55,329 nt of DNA. It comes from a virus (lineage: Duplodnaviria > Caudoviricetes). The stretch covers positions 1 through 55,329 of the IMG/VR virus record IMGVR_UViG_3300021091_000091. One strand, written 5' to 3'. The translations under genes and the position numbers were made by a program. The notes beneath the pieces are model-generated. The model ran no database searches. It was not told the origin of the DNA and saw nothing but the letters and a program-made list of their open reading frames with translations. Shown piece after piece: positions 17,486-29,100 of the stretch. The stretch's first letter is position 1; each line of letters starts with the position of its first letter.

Positions 17486-20400
17486 TTAATATCCAACGGC
17501 TATCCAATATCCATCACCACCCGCATCTAAAACTAACTTAGCGTTGGCTGCGGTTACATCATAAACGTGATTAAAACCCCTGGAACCATCAGAATTTCTG
17601 TCAGTAGCACAAGTTACAGCTAAACATTTAGTTGGAAAAGCTAATGGGAAAGTAACTGTAACATTAGCAGCTGAATTTCCTGCTGTCGATACGTATCCCG
17701 CTTGAAGTATTAATCCATTTACTAATTTAGAATATCCAGTATTAGCTCCATGTGAAAATACACCATTAAAAAATCCTCCTGGTGGGACAGCGTAATAATT
17801 ACTACTTGTTACATAACCGGGAAAATTTGTTATTGTTCCACCAACATCTAAACCACCACTTACTATTAATACTGCTCCAGATTCAGCTCTAGGCATTTTT
17901 ACAAACCTTGTATTATCATATACAATTTGCATACCACCTGCAATTAATTCGGTTTTAGATTGAGCTATATTAACCGATACTGTGTTTAAAACAGGTGATT
18001 TTGGTGATTGACCATCACCACCACCCCAGTTTGCGTCATTATATACTTGGCCATCAATATATGGCGGGGGGAGAACATCAATGTCCGGTAAGAAATCATA
18101 TTGGGCTTCTAAATAAGAAGAAAATGTTTGTATTCTATAAAAATATCCACCTTTTAAAGTTACTGGAATTACGAATGTATTTGTTAAATTTACTTCCATA
18201 TCTACCTGAGCAAGATAACCAAAACTTTGTGTTTTTGTTGCATATGCAATCTTTGTTGCAATTGTTTCTTCGGGACCTATGTAAGTTTGTGGTACTGCAA
18301 AAACTCTAACACCATATGTTTGAGTCATTTGTCCTGATGAAATTGTTCCTGAACCAACTACGTCTGCTGATGTAAAAGAATTACCTGATGTTGTGACTGT
18401 AATAATCGCTGCTAATCCTTCTGCACTGCTTGGTACATAAAATGATGCTGAATTTGGACTTGCACTTGAACTGACCATAGGGTTGGTATCGAAAAACACT
18501 ACAAATGGAGAATTACTTGAGTTATTAGCACTTTCTGCTGTTGCATAATTTTCTTGTACTATATTTGGAGATGCTGAAGCGGATATTGGTGTAGTTATTG
18601 CTACAGTTGTTGATAATTGACCATTCGGATTTATATCAACTCTCAAATTACTAGCTGAATCATAAATTTCTATTGCAGGACGGTCCGCATTTAATTTAAT
18701 TTGACCAACAGATGCAGATGCGTACAAAAGACCGCCATCTACTTGCCATACTTCACTTCCTATTCCACCTCCAATTCTACCATCAGTAATATTAACAGAA
18801 CCTTGAATTTCTAAAGAATTTCCAGTCCATTTCATAAAATTATCACCTGCTGTATTTTTCAAAGACATTTTTGCTGAACCAGAAAGTAATCCTAAAAATA
18901 TTCCGTACTGGTCAAAACCGGAAGAACCCGTATAACTTTGTCCTACTGAAATAAAAGGATTTGAACCACTATTTGCTGAATCTGCATTAAGTTGTATTAC
19001 TGCAACCGAACCACTTGAACCAACGTTTACTGTTCTATTTGCGTAAACGTCTTGAGCAAAAAGAACATCAGTAGCTACCGAACTAAATGTAGCTCCAAAA
19101 GATTCCCAATAAGTTGCCGGAGTTCCAGTGATACCTGCTCCTCCCGTTGGGTCTTGGCCAGCACCAGCGGTATGAGTTGATTTTGCTAAATAATAAGCTC
19201 CATCTGCTCCTTGAACAACATCAACTCTTGTTGATGTTTTAGTATAAGTTCTACCCACCGTCCATCTCCCTCTATAAACCACTCCGGCTCCAGCAGCGCC
19301 GGTAGCACCAGCAGCACCTGCTATTGATTTTGTTAGAGATTGTACTTTTGCAATAGAAAATGAATCTCCATTTAATTTTTTACCTGTCAAAGTATAAGTA
19401 ACCGATGCTAAGTTTGCAGTCATATTACTATGATTTCCTACTATTGCATAATTTCCACCATCAGTTATTGAACCGGCAGTAATATTTGAAACCGCTGTTG
19501 AAACAGTAAATTTGCCCGCCGCAGTTCCTGCTCCATCATAATCTAATTGTATTGCTCCTTCATAAATGAAAATATTAGTACCGCTTCCATTATAATCACT
19601 TACAACACCAGCACTACTTGCAGGTAAAGTATGAGATTCATTTGTTAAAAAAATTGTTAATGCATCAGTTCCTTCTTGTACTCTTGCAATTGTTACGGTA
19701 TCAGTTATTGAATCTGCGGTTGCAGAAATTTCTACTAAAGTATTTACACCAAAATCAGCCTTTCTTAAAAATACAGTGTTACCTGTTGTTGTTACATTAC
19801 CACCAGATGATGCATCATATAAAGTTACAGATGGTGATGTAGTCCAGTTTGTAGTTGCTGATATGTTTTGTTTATTAGAATTTAATTCAACCCAATCTGG
19901 AGATAGTGTACCATTTTGTGCCTCAATAAATACTTGACTAGATGCTTCTAATCTTAATAATTTTGCAGAAATTGGTGCTATTGTCCAAGGGCCAAATCCA
20001 GGGTAACCTGTAGCAGCACTGGTGTTATTTGTTGATGTATGGTCTGAATTTGCTGTCCAAGTATTTCCACTATAAGTAACAATATCGTTTGTATAGTAAA
20101 TAGTACCACTTGCCCAAGGCCCCATTATTCTACCTTCATTAACTCCGCCAGGTGTTTGTTTTAAAGAGCCTCTAAGTGTTAATGTTGTCCCGTCCCACTC
20201 TAAATAATTTGAAGAACCACCAACTTTAAAATTTGTACCAGTATCATACCAATAGTTGTTGGCGTTTAGATACAACCCATTATTAGCACCATTTACTCCT
20301 CTACCAAGCTTCATTCCACCGGCGTTTAATAAACCACTTAGAATAAGAGCTTCACCATCCCATTTCATATAGTTATCACCGGAATAATCCTTTATTGATA

Positions 20401-23400
20401 ATCTACCATAAGTTCCTGCCGCACCTTGCTCATACAATCCAAGAAAAATACCCGGTCTGTCATATCCTATTACACCTGTACCGCTAGTTCCAGCTGCTCC
20501 AGATGTAGATGGATTTATACTTGTTCCACTTGTACCACCCGTACCAACAGTACCATGCTGACCTAACGAAATATATGGGTCTGACCTACCACCAGCTAAA
20601 ACAATATTAGCGTATTTTGATGTATTATTGTATGTGCCAACATTTATCGTATTCCTTACATATGATTCTTCAAATATTGCCAATTTTGCTGAAACAAAGA
20701 AATCTTGACTTCCTAAAAATTCCCACCAATCATTATCACCTGACGGAGTAGGTGCATGATAATTTACTAATACTCCGTTTTGGTCATATGTTGTGGGACC
20801 TGAACCACTTATAGCTGCATAGTATTTTACATCATCTTGCGTTGCTAAATATGTCACCGCATCTCTACGATTATTTGTAGTCTCAACTCCACCAATATAA
20901 TCCAACGTCGGGTCCCACTCACCTCGCATCACTATACCTGGTCCTGTTTCACCCTCAAATTGTACTGATAAAGATTGGGTTTTATAAATTGATTGTCTAT
21001 CTTCACAAATTATTTGGTAAACTATGATAGCAGTTCTATTTGTTTCAGGAGTATTCCAACCTGTAACACCCGCCATAGTTGCTGTTGGGGTACCTGGCAA
21101 ATAACTTCCAGCAGTCAATCCCCCACTTAATGTAAGATGACCGGATACTGCAGATATTTGTACTCTATATTGTTGTTCATATGATGAACTTCCATATGCA
21201 TCAGTTTGTGGTGAAGTAAATCCAGCAGGTTTATTTGTTAATGCAAGAGTACCTCTATTTGCAAAAATTTGCGTGCTAGTATTAGCGAGTGTCATCTCAC
21301 CAGAAACTTTATATACAGCTGCAGCATTCTCTCTTGTTAATTTTACATCATATGGTGCTGGTTCTGTAAATTGTACTGCAAATGATTGAGTTACAAATTC
21401 TGTATATCTAGTGGGTGGTGCTGTTCCTAAATTTGTAGAATATCCTTCAAATTCTATTTTATAAACAACCTCTCCACTTTTATTAATTGCTGGTTTTTGC
21501 CAACCAGTTATATTACTAAGAGATGCCGGATTTGTTAATATCTTATTTGATGATAAAGTAATGTAAGGTGATTTTGAAAAAATTGATGCTGAAGAAAATC
21601 CCAATATACCAATTAAGTTATTTAAATAGTCATAATCGGTTGCCTGTGGTGATGGGTATGCTGCTGTTATGACATTTTGCAATTGATTAACACCCTTGAA
21701 TGTAGGTAATTTAATTGCTGTTCCTTCAAAGTTTGTAGTGAATAAATCTGCAGTAATTGATGTATTTAGATTATCAGCAGATACTTTAAATGCATCAGCT
21801 CCCGCTTTTATACCAGCTATTGTTAATTGAGCTTCAGCTCTATAAGGATTATATATAGAAGAAGTATATGGATTACCATCAGTTAATTTTACTCTCCAAG
21901 TTTTATTTTCACCAGGTCCTGCTGCATCGGTGGCTGGAACAATAAATGTATAATAAGGTACACCTTCATAGTAAGGCCCATCATATAAGGTTTCACTACC
22001 ATCAGTATCAATATAAAATAGTGTAAACCAAGTTGAACCTGTATAATTTTGTGCTAACGCTTTTAATTCAACATCCCCATCTGGTGCTACTTTGTACCCA
22101 TCTCTATTATAATTTATAGTATAAGGATTTGCATTTAATTCTACTGTTCTTGCATTTGGAACTGAAACATTTTTTGTAAATGTTTGTGTTCTTTCAAATA
22201 TAGAAGATGTGTATTCATGCCCTGCCCCTAAAGCGAATGGAAATACTTGTATTGTATAAATTGCACTTGCAGATACATGTGGATAATCAAATCTATTAAA
22301 ATTAATCGTTGCTGTACTTAATGATGATGATGATAAAGAGCCAGTTCTTATGTAATAAGGACCTGCAGAACCTAATTCCACAGCTTTAGTTTCTATTAAA
22401 TTTATTCTGAATGTTCCGGCCGCAGTAGATTGAGTTGTAAATGTTAAAAAATCATCACCTTCTTTTACTCTGATTGTTGTATTAGCATTTGTATGTGAGG
22501 ATACAAATCCTACTTCATCAGCGGGTATAGATACTGATGTTGGTGAAATTACAATTTGAATTGGAGGAGGTCCATCTAATACTTTGGTATAATTTACTAC
22601 AACACTAGCAGTATATATAGATGATGTGAAATATGGATGAATTACTAATGGGTATGTAATACTTCCACTTAGATTAGTAAAATTTGATGATTGGGATACA
22701 ATAAGTGATGCAGTATATTGAGTACCAAAAGATGATGTAAAATGTATATTACCAGCTTTGACATTCCTTTCTATAATAGATGAACTTGCTATATAAAATT
22801 GTCCATGTGAATAAAATGGGTCATAAGCTGCACTTGAACTAAATACCAAATATCTTGCCCCTTGTTTTAATCGTATATCAGTAATACTGGGTTTAAAATC
22901 ATTTACAACTCCACGTGAATTAGCTGCTAATGTAATTGTAGATGGATTGACCTCAAATATAATTGTTTCATCTCCTGGCGTACCCTGTGGTACGATTGTA
23001 AATGTTTTATCTACTGAAATTGATGCAGTATCTAATGATGGTGAAGAATATGGTTCAGTATAAGTAAATTTGATTGTAATATTTTTACTCTGAGATAGTG
23101 GTGAACGCACTGAAGAATTCAAAGCCCCAGCTGCAATTGTTCTTTGATTTTCATCAATTGCAATTACTGAAATATCCGGATGTACACTTTGGGTTGTAAA
23201 ATAAAACCAATATTCAGGAATCCAATTTTGATTTATTGACATTGATGGAAATACTCTAAATGATGCAGTTATTGCATTTGTTCCACCCCTTTCAAAGAAA
23301 GATGCTGTAGCTATTGCTGATTGAGGTCTGAAAATACTTTCATTTCTTGGGTCTATATTAAAAGTATCTGCATTAAATAAAACAAAAGGTGTATCCAAAC

Positions 23401-25840
23401 CATCTTGTAAATCCTCTAAAATAATTGTTGCCAAAATAGATCCTGATGTTTCAAATGCTGGGCCAGATGCTGCTGATGCTGATGACATCATAAAAATTGT
23501 TCTTCTTACATCAATTGAATCTCTATTAAAAATAGCATTATAATTTATTTGGCCACTACCCAAAGAACCGCTTGTTAAACCTATAACTAAACCACTTGAT
23601 GATGCATAAGCAAGGTTTACAAATTTTTCATTTCCTTCAAAAGAGCGTGATATAATGTGCAATTGTGTATCAGGAAATCCTTTTTCAGGTTTAGTTAAAC
23701 TACTTAATTCAATATCATTAACACCATCAATACGAATGGCTTGAATTTCCAAAGACGATGTACTACTATTCCTTATTTGTGTACCTCTATATGGTCTTAT
23801 AACAAAATTTACGCCCCCAAATCCATCTAATACTCTTGTGAATATTACAGTATCAGTAAATCCTTCAGCTTCTCCAGTAATTTTTACTAATTGTACAATC
23901 TTATCAGTTCTTGAGCCGGTAAAGTGTTGCACTGTCATTGTTGGAGCATCAGATGTTATACCATCCAATAGACCAGGAAATCCACCACCCACAGTTATTG
24001 ATGATGTATAATCATTACCAAATAATTCAGTACCATCAAAGTCAAAAGATTGAGATGTGTATGTTACCGAACCCGTTAATAAGTTTTTGGTAACTGTAAA
24101 CCCTACTACTGTAGGTGGTACAGGATTGGAACCAGAATCAAACTGAAATTGTAATGAGCGTGGTGTAAATACTAATCCTTTTTGTATTGTTTGTAAATTA
24201 CCTCCATTAAAAGTTTTATTTGCTTCAACTAAAACGGGTATAAAATTATTATTGATATCATAAAATTCAAATCTATACAAAAAAGTTTCTTCAGGTAAAC
24301 TTCTTGGGACACTTTGAATAAATGTAATTGAATCTGGTGAATATGAAGTCTCTTGAGATGCTCTTAAACTAACATCCGCTAAATGCCAACCATTTCCTTT
24401 TATTTCAAAATAAAGTTTTGCGTTGTTAATTTGTTCTGCTTTAAAATTAGCTGATAATTGATTTTTTTGTAATAGAGAACTATCTGCTGTTATGGTTGAT
24501 ATATTTTGGTTTATTTGTATAGTAGTAGGCGAACCATTAATTGATGATTGTCTTGAACCACTTAAAAATACATTAATATAATTTCCAGCTAAAACTTGAT
24601 TACTACCAATTCTTACATTAAAATTAAGTGAATATTCCGTATCTTCGGTTATATCTAAAGACTTTGAGGTATAAAAATTATTAATACCAGAACTATCTAA
24701 TTTTATAGAATTAAATAAATAATTTTGATTAAATGATGTTGTTAGATTATTAGATGATGTTACCCAATAATTTTTAAAATTTGTATTATCAAAAATACCA
24801 TAAAATTCTTCATTTTTTATGGTTGATTCTAAATCTCTTAATAATTCATTTGATTCTAATCTTATTTCTTGAATAAATTGATAATCAGCTAAATCTGATT
24901 GAGATTTTCTAAATATTTTTACTCTTGCACAATCACCCACAAATGTTGTTATATCACTTAAATTAATTTTAGCAAAAGAACCCGTCAAAGCTGTCTTTAA
25001 ATTATTTGCACCTTCAATATAATTAAATGATGCTGTATATCCTTCGTTTATAAAATTTTGAACTAATCCATTTGAATCTGTGTGGGGTTTTAATACTAAA
25101 ACGTTTTTATTATTTATCACACTATCTACTAATGGAGAATAATTTAAATTAGGAATAGAGATAGTTGTACCAATAACTGAGCCAGTCCAATTGGTAGAAT
25201 CATTTATTTTTAGTAAATAGCTTGTAGGTATTGTAACATCAGTTATTTTTTGTCCTGCTATTGGAGATTGGGCTATACCATTTAAAGAACCAGTCTGAAT
25301 TATAGTAGTTGTTACATTATTAAAAATTGGTTTTACTATTTCATCAATATTAACAACAGGTCTTCTATAAAATCTAACTTTATCTTCATTTGATAAAAGT
25401 TTATTTATCTGAAAAGTTTTTTCCCATTTTACATTGTAAACATCTTTCCAATCATCAGGAATAGGAAGTGTAACACCACTTTCATCAATAAATGTTTTTA
25501 GTTCACCTAAAATAGTTATTTTTGCAGTTCCGATTGGAGTATCATCATAGATATATACAGCAATCAATTTTGATGTACCTTCGTAATATTCTGGTATTCC
25601 ATTACCTGGCTCATAATATATAGAATTTCCCTCAACATCTAAAATTTGAATTTTTACTTCTGTAGATTCTTTGAGATGTTCACTTCCTTCAATTAAAAAT
25701 CCGTTTTTGCCACCAGTAAAAGTATCCTTAAATTCTGTAATTTTGAAATATTTAGAATTCGGGTTTGTATCTACTTCAAATACGCCAAAAGATGTTAGAT
25801 TTTGTGATAAATTTTCTGCAAATTTTTTTATTACAGGCAT
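17486..25840 (-). CDS. Giant tail fibre / receptor-binding protein (2784 aa)
   Basis: Ser/Thr/Gly-rich beta-type repeats; CBM5/12-like W..G..Y...D.V.Y motifs; C-terminal GYSKLVNGLILQAG...VTFPLAFPTKCLAV...GYWIAVGY fibre tip domain; followed by a chaperone. Confidence 0.85.
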   Translation of the reverse strand: MPVIKKFAENLSQNLTSFGVFEVDTNPNSKYFKITEFKDTFTGGKNGFLIEGSEHLKESTEVKIQILDVEGNSIYYEPGNGIPEYYEGTSKLIAVYIYDDTPIGTAKITILGELKTFIDESGVTLPIPDDWKDVYNVKWEKTFQINKLLSNEDKVRFYRRPVVNIDEIVKPIFNNVTTTIIQTGSLNGIAQSPIAGQKITDVTIPTSYLLKINDSTNWTGSVIGTTISIPNLNYSPLVDSVINNKNVLVLKPHTDSNGLVQNFINEGYTASFNYIEGANNLKTALTGSFAKINLSDITTFVGDCARVKIFRKSQSDLADYQFIQEIRLESNELLRDLESTIKNEEFYGIFDNTNFKNYWVTSSNNLTTSFNQNYLFNSIKLDSSGINNFYTSKSLDITEDTEYSLNFNVRIGSNQVLAGNYINVFLSGSRQSSINGSPTTIQINQNISTITADSSLLQKNQLSANFKAEQINNAKLYFEIKGNGWHLADVSLRASQETSYSPDSITFIQSVPRSLPEETFLYRFEFYDINNNFIPVLVEANKTFNGGNLQTIQKGLVFTPRSLQFQFDSGSNPVPPTVVGFTVTKNLLTGSVTYTSQSFDFDGTELFGNDYTSSITVGGGFPGLLDGITSDAPTMTVQHFTGSRTDKIVQLVKITGEAEGFTDTVIFTRVLDGFGGVNFVIRPYRGTQIRNSSTSSLEIQAIRIDGVNDIELSSLTKPEKGFPDTQLHIISRSFEGNEKFVNLAYASSSGLVIGLTSGSLGSGQINYNAIFNRDSIDVRRTIFMMSSASAASGPAFETSGSILATIILEDLQDGLDTPFVLFNADTFNIDPRNESIFRPQSAIATASFFERGGTNAITASFRVFPSMSINQNWIPEYWFYFTTQSVHPDISVIAIDENQRTIAAGALNSSVRSPLSQSKNITIKFTYTEPYSSPSLDTASISVDKTFTIVPQGTPGDETIIFEVNPSTITLAANSRGVVNDFKPSITDIRLKQGARYLVFSSSAAYDPFYSHGQFYIASSSIIERNVKAGNIHFTSSFGTQYTASLIVSQSSNFTNLSGSITYPLVIHPYFTSSIYTASVVVNYTKVLDGPPPIQIVISPTSVSIPADEVGFVSSHTNANTTIRVKEGDDFLTFTTQSTAAGTFRINLIETKAVELGSAGPYYIRTGSLSSSSLSTATINFNRFDYPHVSASAIYTIQVFPFALGAGHEYTSSIFERTQTFTKNVSVPNARTVELNANPYTINYNRDGYKVAPDGDVELKALAQNYTGSTWFTLFYIDTDGSETLYDGPYYEGVPYYTFIVPATDAAGPGENKTWRVKLTDGNPYTSSIYNPYRAEAQLTIAGIKAGADAFKVSADNLNTSITADLFTTNFEGTAIKLPTFKGVNQLQNVITAAYPSPQATDYDYLNNLIGILGFSSASIFSKSPYITLSSNKILTNPASLSNITGWQKPAINKSGEVVYKIEFEGYSTNLGTAPPTRYTEFVTQSFAVQFTEPAPYDVKLTRENAAAVYKVSGEMTLANTSTQIFANRGTLALTNKPAGFTSPQTDAYGSSSYEQQYRVQISAVSGHLTLSGGLTAGSYLPGTPTATMAGVTGWNTPETNRTAIIVYQIICEDRQSIYKTQSLSVQFEGETGPGIVMRGEWDPTLDYIGGVETTNNRRDAVTYLATQDDVKYYAAISGSGPTTYDQNGVLVNYHAPTPSGDNDWWEFLGSQDFFVSAKLAIFEESYVRNTINVGTYNNTSKYANIVLAGGRSDPYISLGQHGTVGTGGTSGTSINPSTSGAAGTSGTGVIGYDRPGIFLGLYEQGAAGTYGRLSIKDYSGDNYMKWDGEALILSGLLNAGGMKLGRGVNGANNGLYLNANNYWYDTGTNFKVGGSSNYLEWDGTTLTLRGSLKQTPGGVNEGRIMGPWASGTIYYTNDIVTYSGNTWTANSDHTSTNNTSAATGYPGFGPWTIAPISAKLLRLEASSQVFIEAQNGTLSPDWVELNSNKQNISATTNWTTSPSVTLYDASSGGNVTTTGNTVFLRKADFGVNTLVEISATADSITDTVTIARVQEGTDALTIFLTNESHTLPASSAGVVSDYNGSGTNIFIYEGAIQLDYDGAGTAAGKFTVSTAVSNITAGSITDGGNYAIVGNHSNMTANLASVTYTLTGKKLNGDSFSIAKVQSLTKSIAGAAGATGAAGAGVVYRGRWTVGRTYTKTSTRVDVVQGADGAYYLAKSTHTAGAGQDPTGGAGITGTPATYWESFGATFSSVATDVLFAQDVYANRTVNVGSSGSVAVIQLNADSANSGSNPFISVGQSYTGSSGFDQYGIFLGLLSGSAKMSLKNTAGDNFMKWTGNSLEIQGSVNITDGRIGGGIGSEVWQVDGGLLYASASVGQIKLNADRPAIEIYDSASNLRVDINPNGQLSTTVAITTPISASASPNIVQENYATAESANNSSNSPFVVFFDTNPMVSSSASPNSASFYVPSSAEGLAAIITVTTSGNSFTSADVVGSGTISSGQMTQTYGVRVFAVPQTYIGPEETIATKIAYATKTQSFGYLAQVDMEVNLTNTFVIPVTLKGGYFYRIQTFSSYLEAQYDFLPDIDVLPPPYIDGQVYNDANWGGGDGQSPKSPVLNTVSVNIAQSKTELIAGGMQIVYDNTRFVKMPRAESGAVLIVSGGLDVGGTITNFPGYVTSSNYYAVPPGGFFNGVFSHGANTGYSKLVNGLILQAGYVSTAGNSAANVTVTFPLAFPTKCLAVTCATDRNSDGSRGFNHVYDVTAANAKLVLDAGGDGYWIAVGY

Positions 25841-25862
25841 TTTTTATTTTTGGTTATATAAA

Positions 25863-25870
25863 ATAAATAT
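25863..25870 (-). promoter_or_regulatory. Putative phage late promoter motif ATATTTAT
   Basis: 23 nt upstream of the tail fibre ATG. Confidence 0.6.
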
Positions 25871-25890
25871 TTAGATATTTTTTTATCTCC

Positions 25891-25927
25891 ATAATTATAT
25901 ATAGAATTCTAAAGAAAAATAAAGAAA
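25891..25927 (+). promoter_or_regulatory. Divergent promoter motif ATAATTATATATA plus TAAAGAAA direct repeats (putative operator)
   Basis: Motif is in sense orientation for the plus-strand ORF at 25931; TAAAGAAA occurs at 25910-25917 and 25920-25927. Confidence 0.45.
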
Positions 25928-25930
25928 TAT

Positions 25931-26107
25931 ATGAAAAAGTACGCAATGATACAAATTGATGCTGATATTCATCAATTATTAAAGGAATTTTGTAAAGATA
26001 AAGGTTACAAAATTAATGGGTTAGTAGAAACCCTAATAAAAGAAAAGGTGGAATCTATCAGAAAAATTCCACCTAAAAATGTATTACCAGTAAATCCTAA
26101 AAATTAA
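25931..26107 (+). CDS. Ribbon-helix-helix (Arc/CopG/MetJ-like) DNA-binding protein, 58 aa; absent from the ORF track
   Basis: MKKYAMIQIDADIHQLLKEFCKDKGYKINGLVETLIKEKVE... shows an alternating beta strand, helix, G turn, helix pattern. It fills the otherwise empty intergenic gap. Confidence 0.7.
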   Translation: MKKYAMIQIDADIHQLLKEFCKDKGYKINGLVETLIKEKVESIRKIPPKNVLPVNPKN

Positions 26108-29100
26108 TTTTTGAGAATCCATTCTCTTTCTTAATTTCAATCAGTCCATCTACGATATCTCTCATTTGCTCTAAGTGCGAAATCATCCAAATAAAATCAA
26201 ATTGGGTTTTTAGATATTGCATCATCATAAATAGGGATGATAAATTATCTGCATCCAATGTACCAAACCCTTCATCAATTACTAAGAAGTTAGGACGGGG
26301 TAATCCGCATATATTAATTAGAGCTACTCTAATAGCTAGACCCGATATAAATTTCTCCATACCACTACACATTTCTAAAGTCCATTCTTGGTCTTCGTAA
26401 ACTATTTTTGCATTGATATTTTTACCATCAGTATCCATTGAAAGTGAAAAATCTACCACCTGTGCTAAAATGTTATTTACTTCATTCTCTATAACAGGCA
26501 TTATTTTTGAAATAAGTTCATATGGTACTCCATCTTTTTTTACTGCATCTAAATAATAGGTATATAAAAAACTTTTTGATTCTAATTCTTTTACTTCTTT
26601 CATTTGATTTTTTGTTGAATCTATAAAAGAAATAAGAGAACCTATTTTCATTGTAGATGCTGTGATTTTTTTGTTCAATTCAGTAATCTTTTTATCTACA
26701 TCTTTTTTATCGGACTCTAATATTTTAATTTGTTCATTTATCTGAGTATTTCTTTGAATAGTAGCTTCCCATTCATAATACTTTGCAATATCCGATTCAG
26801 TAGTATCTAATTGATTCTGAAGTAATTCCTTTTGAGTTTCTAATGTTCCCAATTCAGCTTCAGCCTTTTCTCTTACCACAATACCCTTATGATATTTGTT
26901 ACGAAGTTCTACTAATTTAGCCCAAACATCATCCACTTCAGAATATGGTTCAGTGCCCTTAATTAACATTTGATGTGATATGTTAAGAGTTTCCAATTGT
27001 AATTCTTGCGTTTTAACAATTTCTTTTGTTGCAATAGCATCTTTAACAAAGACGTTGTTCATACAAAACTGGCAATTTGGGTCATACTCATGCTGTTCCA
27101 AATGTTTAAGTTTCTCTAAATTAGATTCGTATTGTGATTCTAATTTGTCTATTTGTTGTTGTACATCTGCTAATTTACCTTTAGCCAAATCCCATTCTTT
27201 TTTGGCATCATTAATATCCATTCCATTTACTATTGCATGCTCATTAATAGATTGAGATACCTGCCCTAATAACTCACCATATTCGTTTATTTTGCTTTTC
27301 TTATCCTCCCTATCACTTTTATTGTTTTGAATTTTTAGTTGAATGGTGCTCTTTGCAACCCCTAATCCTTGGATGTCTAATTTAGTATCAATTGGTGTTA
27401 GGGATTCCTTTAAATCAGATATTCCATTTTGAATTTCTTCTTTTTGTTTATTTAGAACTTTTGATTGGGATTCTAAGTCGGATAATTCTTTTTTTGTTTC
27501 TTTTAAGTCGGTTTCTTTTGTGGCTAATTCAGTCGTAAAATCCGTCCTTTTGAAATTTCTGATAAGTACAGCCACTTCCTTTATCTCATTTGATGCAGCC
27601 TCATACAACTTATCAAATATATCCAGCCCCATAAATTGAGCAAGTAAATCTTTTCTCTCCGATTGAGATTTATCAATGAATAGGGTGTTGTTCCCCTGCA
27701 AACTTAATGCTGTCATAACAAAATCCTCATACCTACCCACATACCCTTCAATGACCTGGTTGGTATCCCGCCTTTCCGTTCCGTTAAGGGATTCCGTTAC
27801 CCCATCTACCACTCTCCAAAATTCTACATCTACCTTAACGTTCTTTCCCTTATTAATAGTTCGGGCTTCCCTACGAATAAAGTATTGTACACCTTCTACT
27901 TCGAAATCTAATTGGCAGTGGAAATCATCTTTTCGGTTGTTCATAATGTGTGATGCCTTATAGGCTCTACTACACTTATCGAACAGGCAAAAGGAAATTG
28001 CATCGAATAGGGATGATTTACCTGCTGCATTTGGTGCGAATAATCCCATTAATCCGTTTACTTTATCGAAGTGGATTACATTATCCTCACCATAACTGAA
28101 CATATTGGAGAATTCAAATCTTACCGGCTTCCATTTTACGTTTCTTATTAGTTCGTCCAACTCTATTCTTCCGTTTATCTCTTTATTTAGAGATTGTATG
28201 CCTTCGATTTCTTCATCTGTCACAAACGGCATCATTCTTTGTATATAATCGGTAATGAGAGAGTTTTGGTAGGTGATATCGGTAATATCTTCCAATTGAA
28301 TTTGGTTATCTCTATCACCAGTCTTTTTCTTAGCTAAAGAATCAGTTTTGATAGTTGTAAAATCTTCAACACCATATTTTAACTTTATTTCGGTGATTGC
28401 TTTCTTTGTATCTACCGCATCAGTATCAGAAAACCTTACCCTAAGCCTTGGATACAAAGGTAAATCAGTAACGTCAGGTACAACTCCTCCGATAATATCC
28501 ATAGTATAGTACCCATAATCATTTTGTATATCAACTTCTTCATATGTTAATGTTTCTAAATCCCAAACTAAGAAACCATGCTTATCTAAGGTTTCTCCAA
28601 AGTTTTGTTGCACCAATGAACCTGCGTAAACACACTTACAACCTTTTGGTGAGATTAGTTCTTGTCTTTTGTGGATATCACCTAATAGGGCTAAATCGTA
28701 ACCATCAAACATATCAGTTGTGAAATGACGAGATGATACTACATAACCCACATCAGTTTGTGAGTGGTCCACAGGTCCATGAAATAGTGCAATCTTTTTT
28801 CTAGCCGGCATCATAATCCAATCATCTGCCTTAGGCCAATTATCTTTATTATCAAATATTGAGAATACCGAAAATGCAACTCCATCTTCCCAAAATATTT
28901 GAGTATCTTTTAAGTAATGAAAATTAGGTAAATCAAGTGCATCTACGATTGGAGTTAGTACATCCAAACGGTCCGAATTATTCATATTACAATCGTGATT
29001 ACCTGCAATAAGAATAGTTTTACAATGTTTAGAACATTCGGTAAATAACCAGCTAATCTCTTTCACTAATTCAGGTGACATCTCTAATTTAGCATGAGCA

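Noticed and set aside
17475-17507. Upstream start (MDSRWILKK) of the fibre chaperone
   Set aside because: It overlaps the fibre C-terminus; the ATG at 17474 after an A-rich leader is more plausible.
17486-18000. Diversity-generating retroelement target at the fibre tip
   Set aside because: No reverse transcriptase gene and no template/variable repeat pair is visible in the window.
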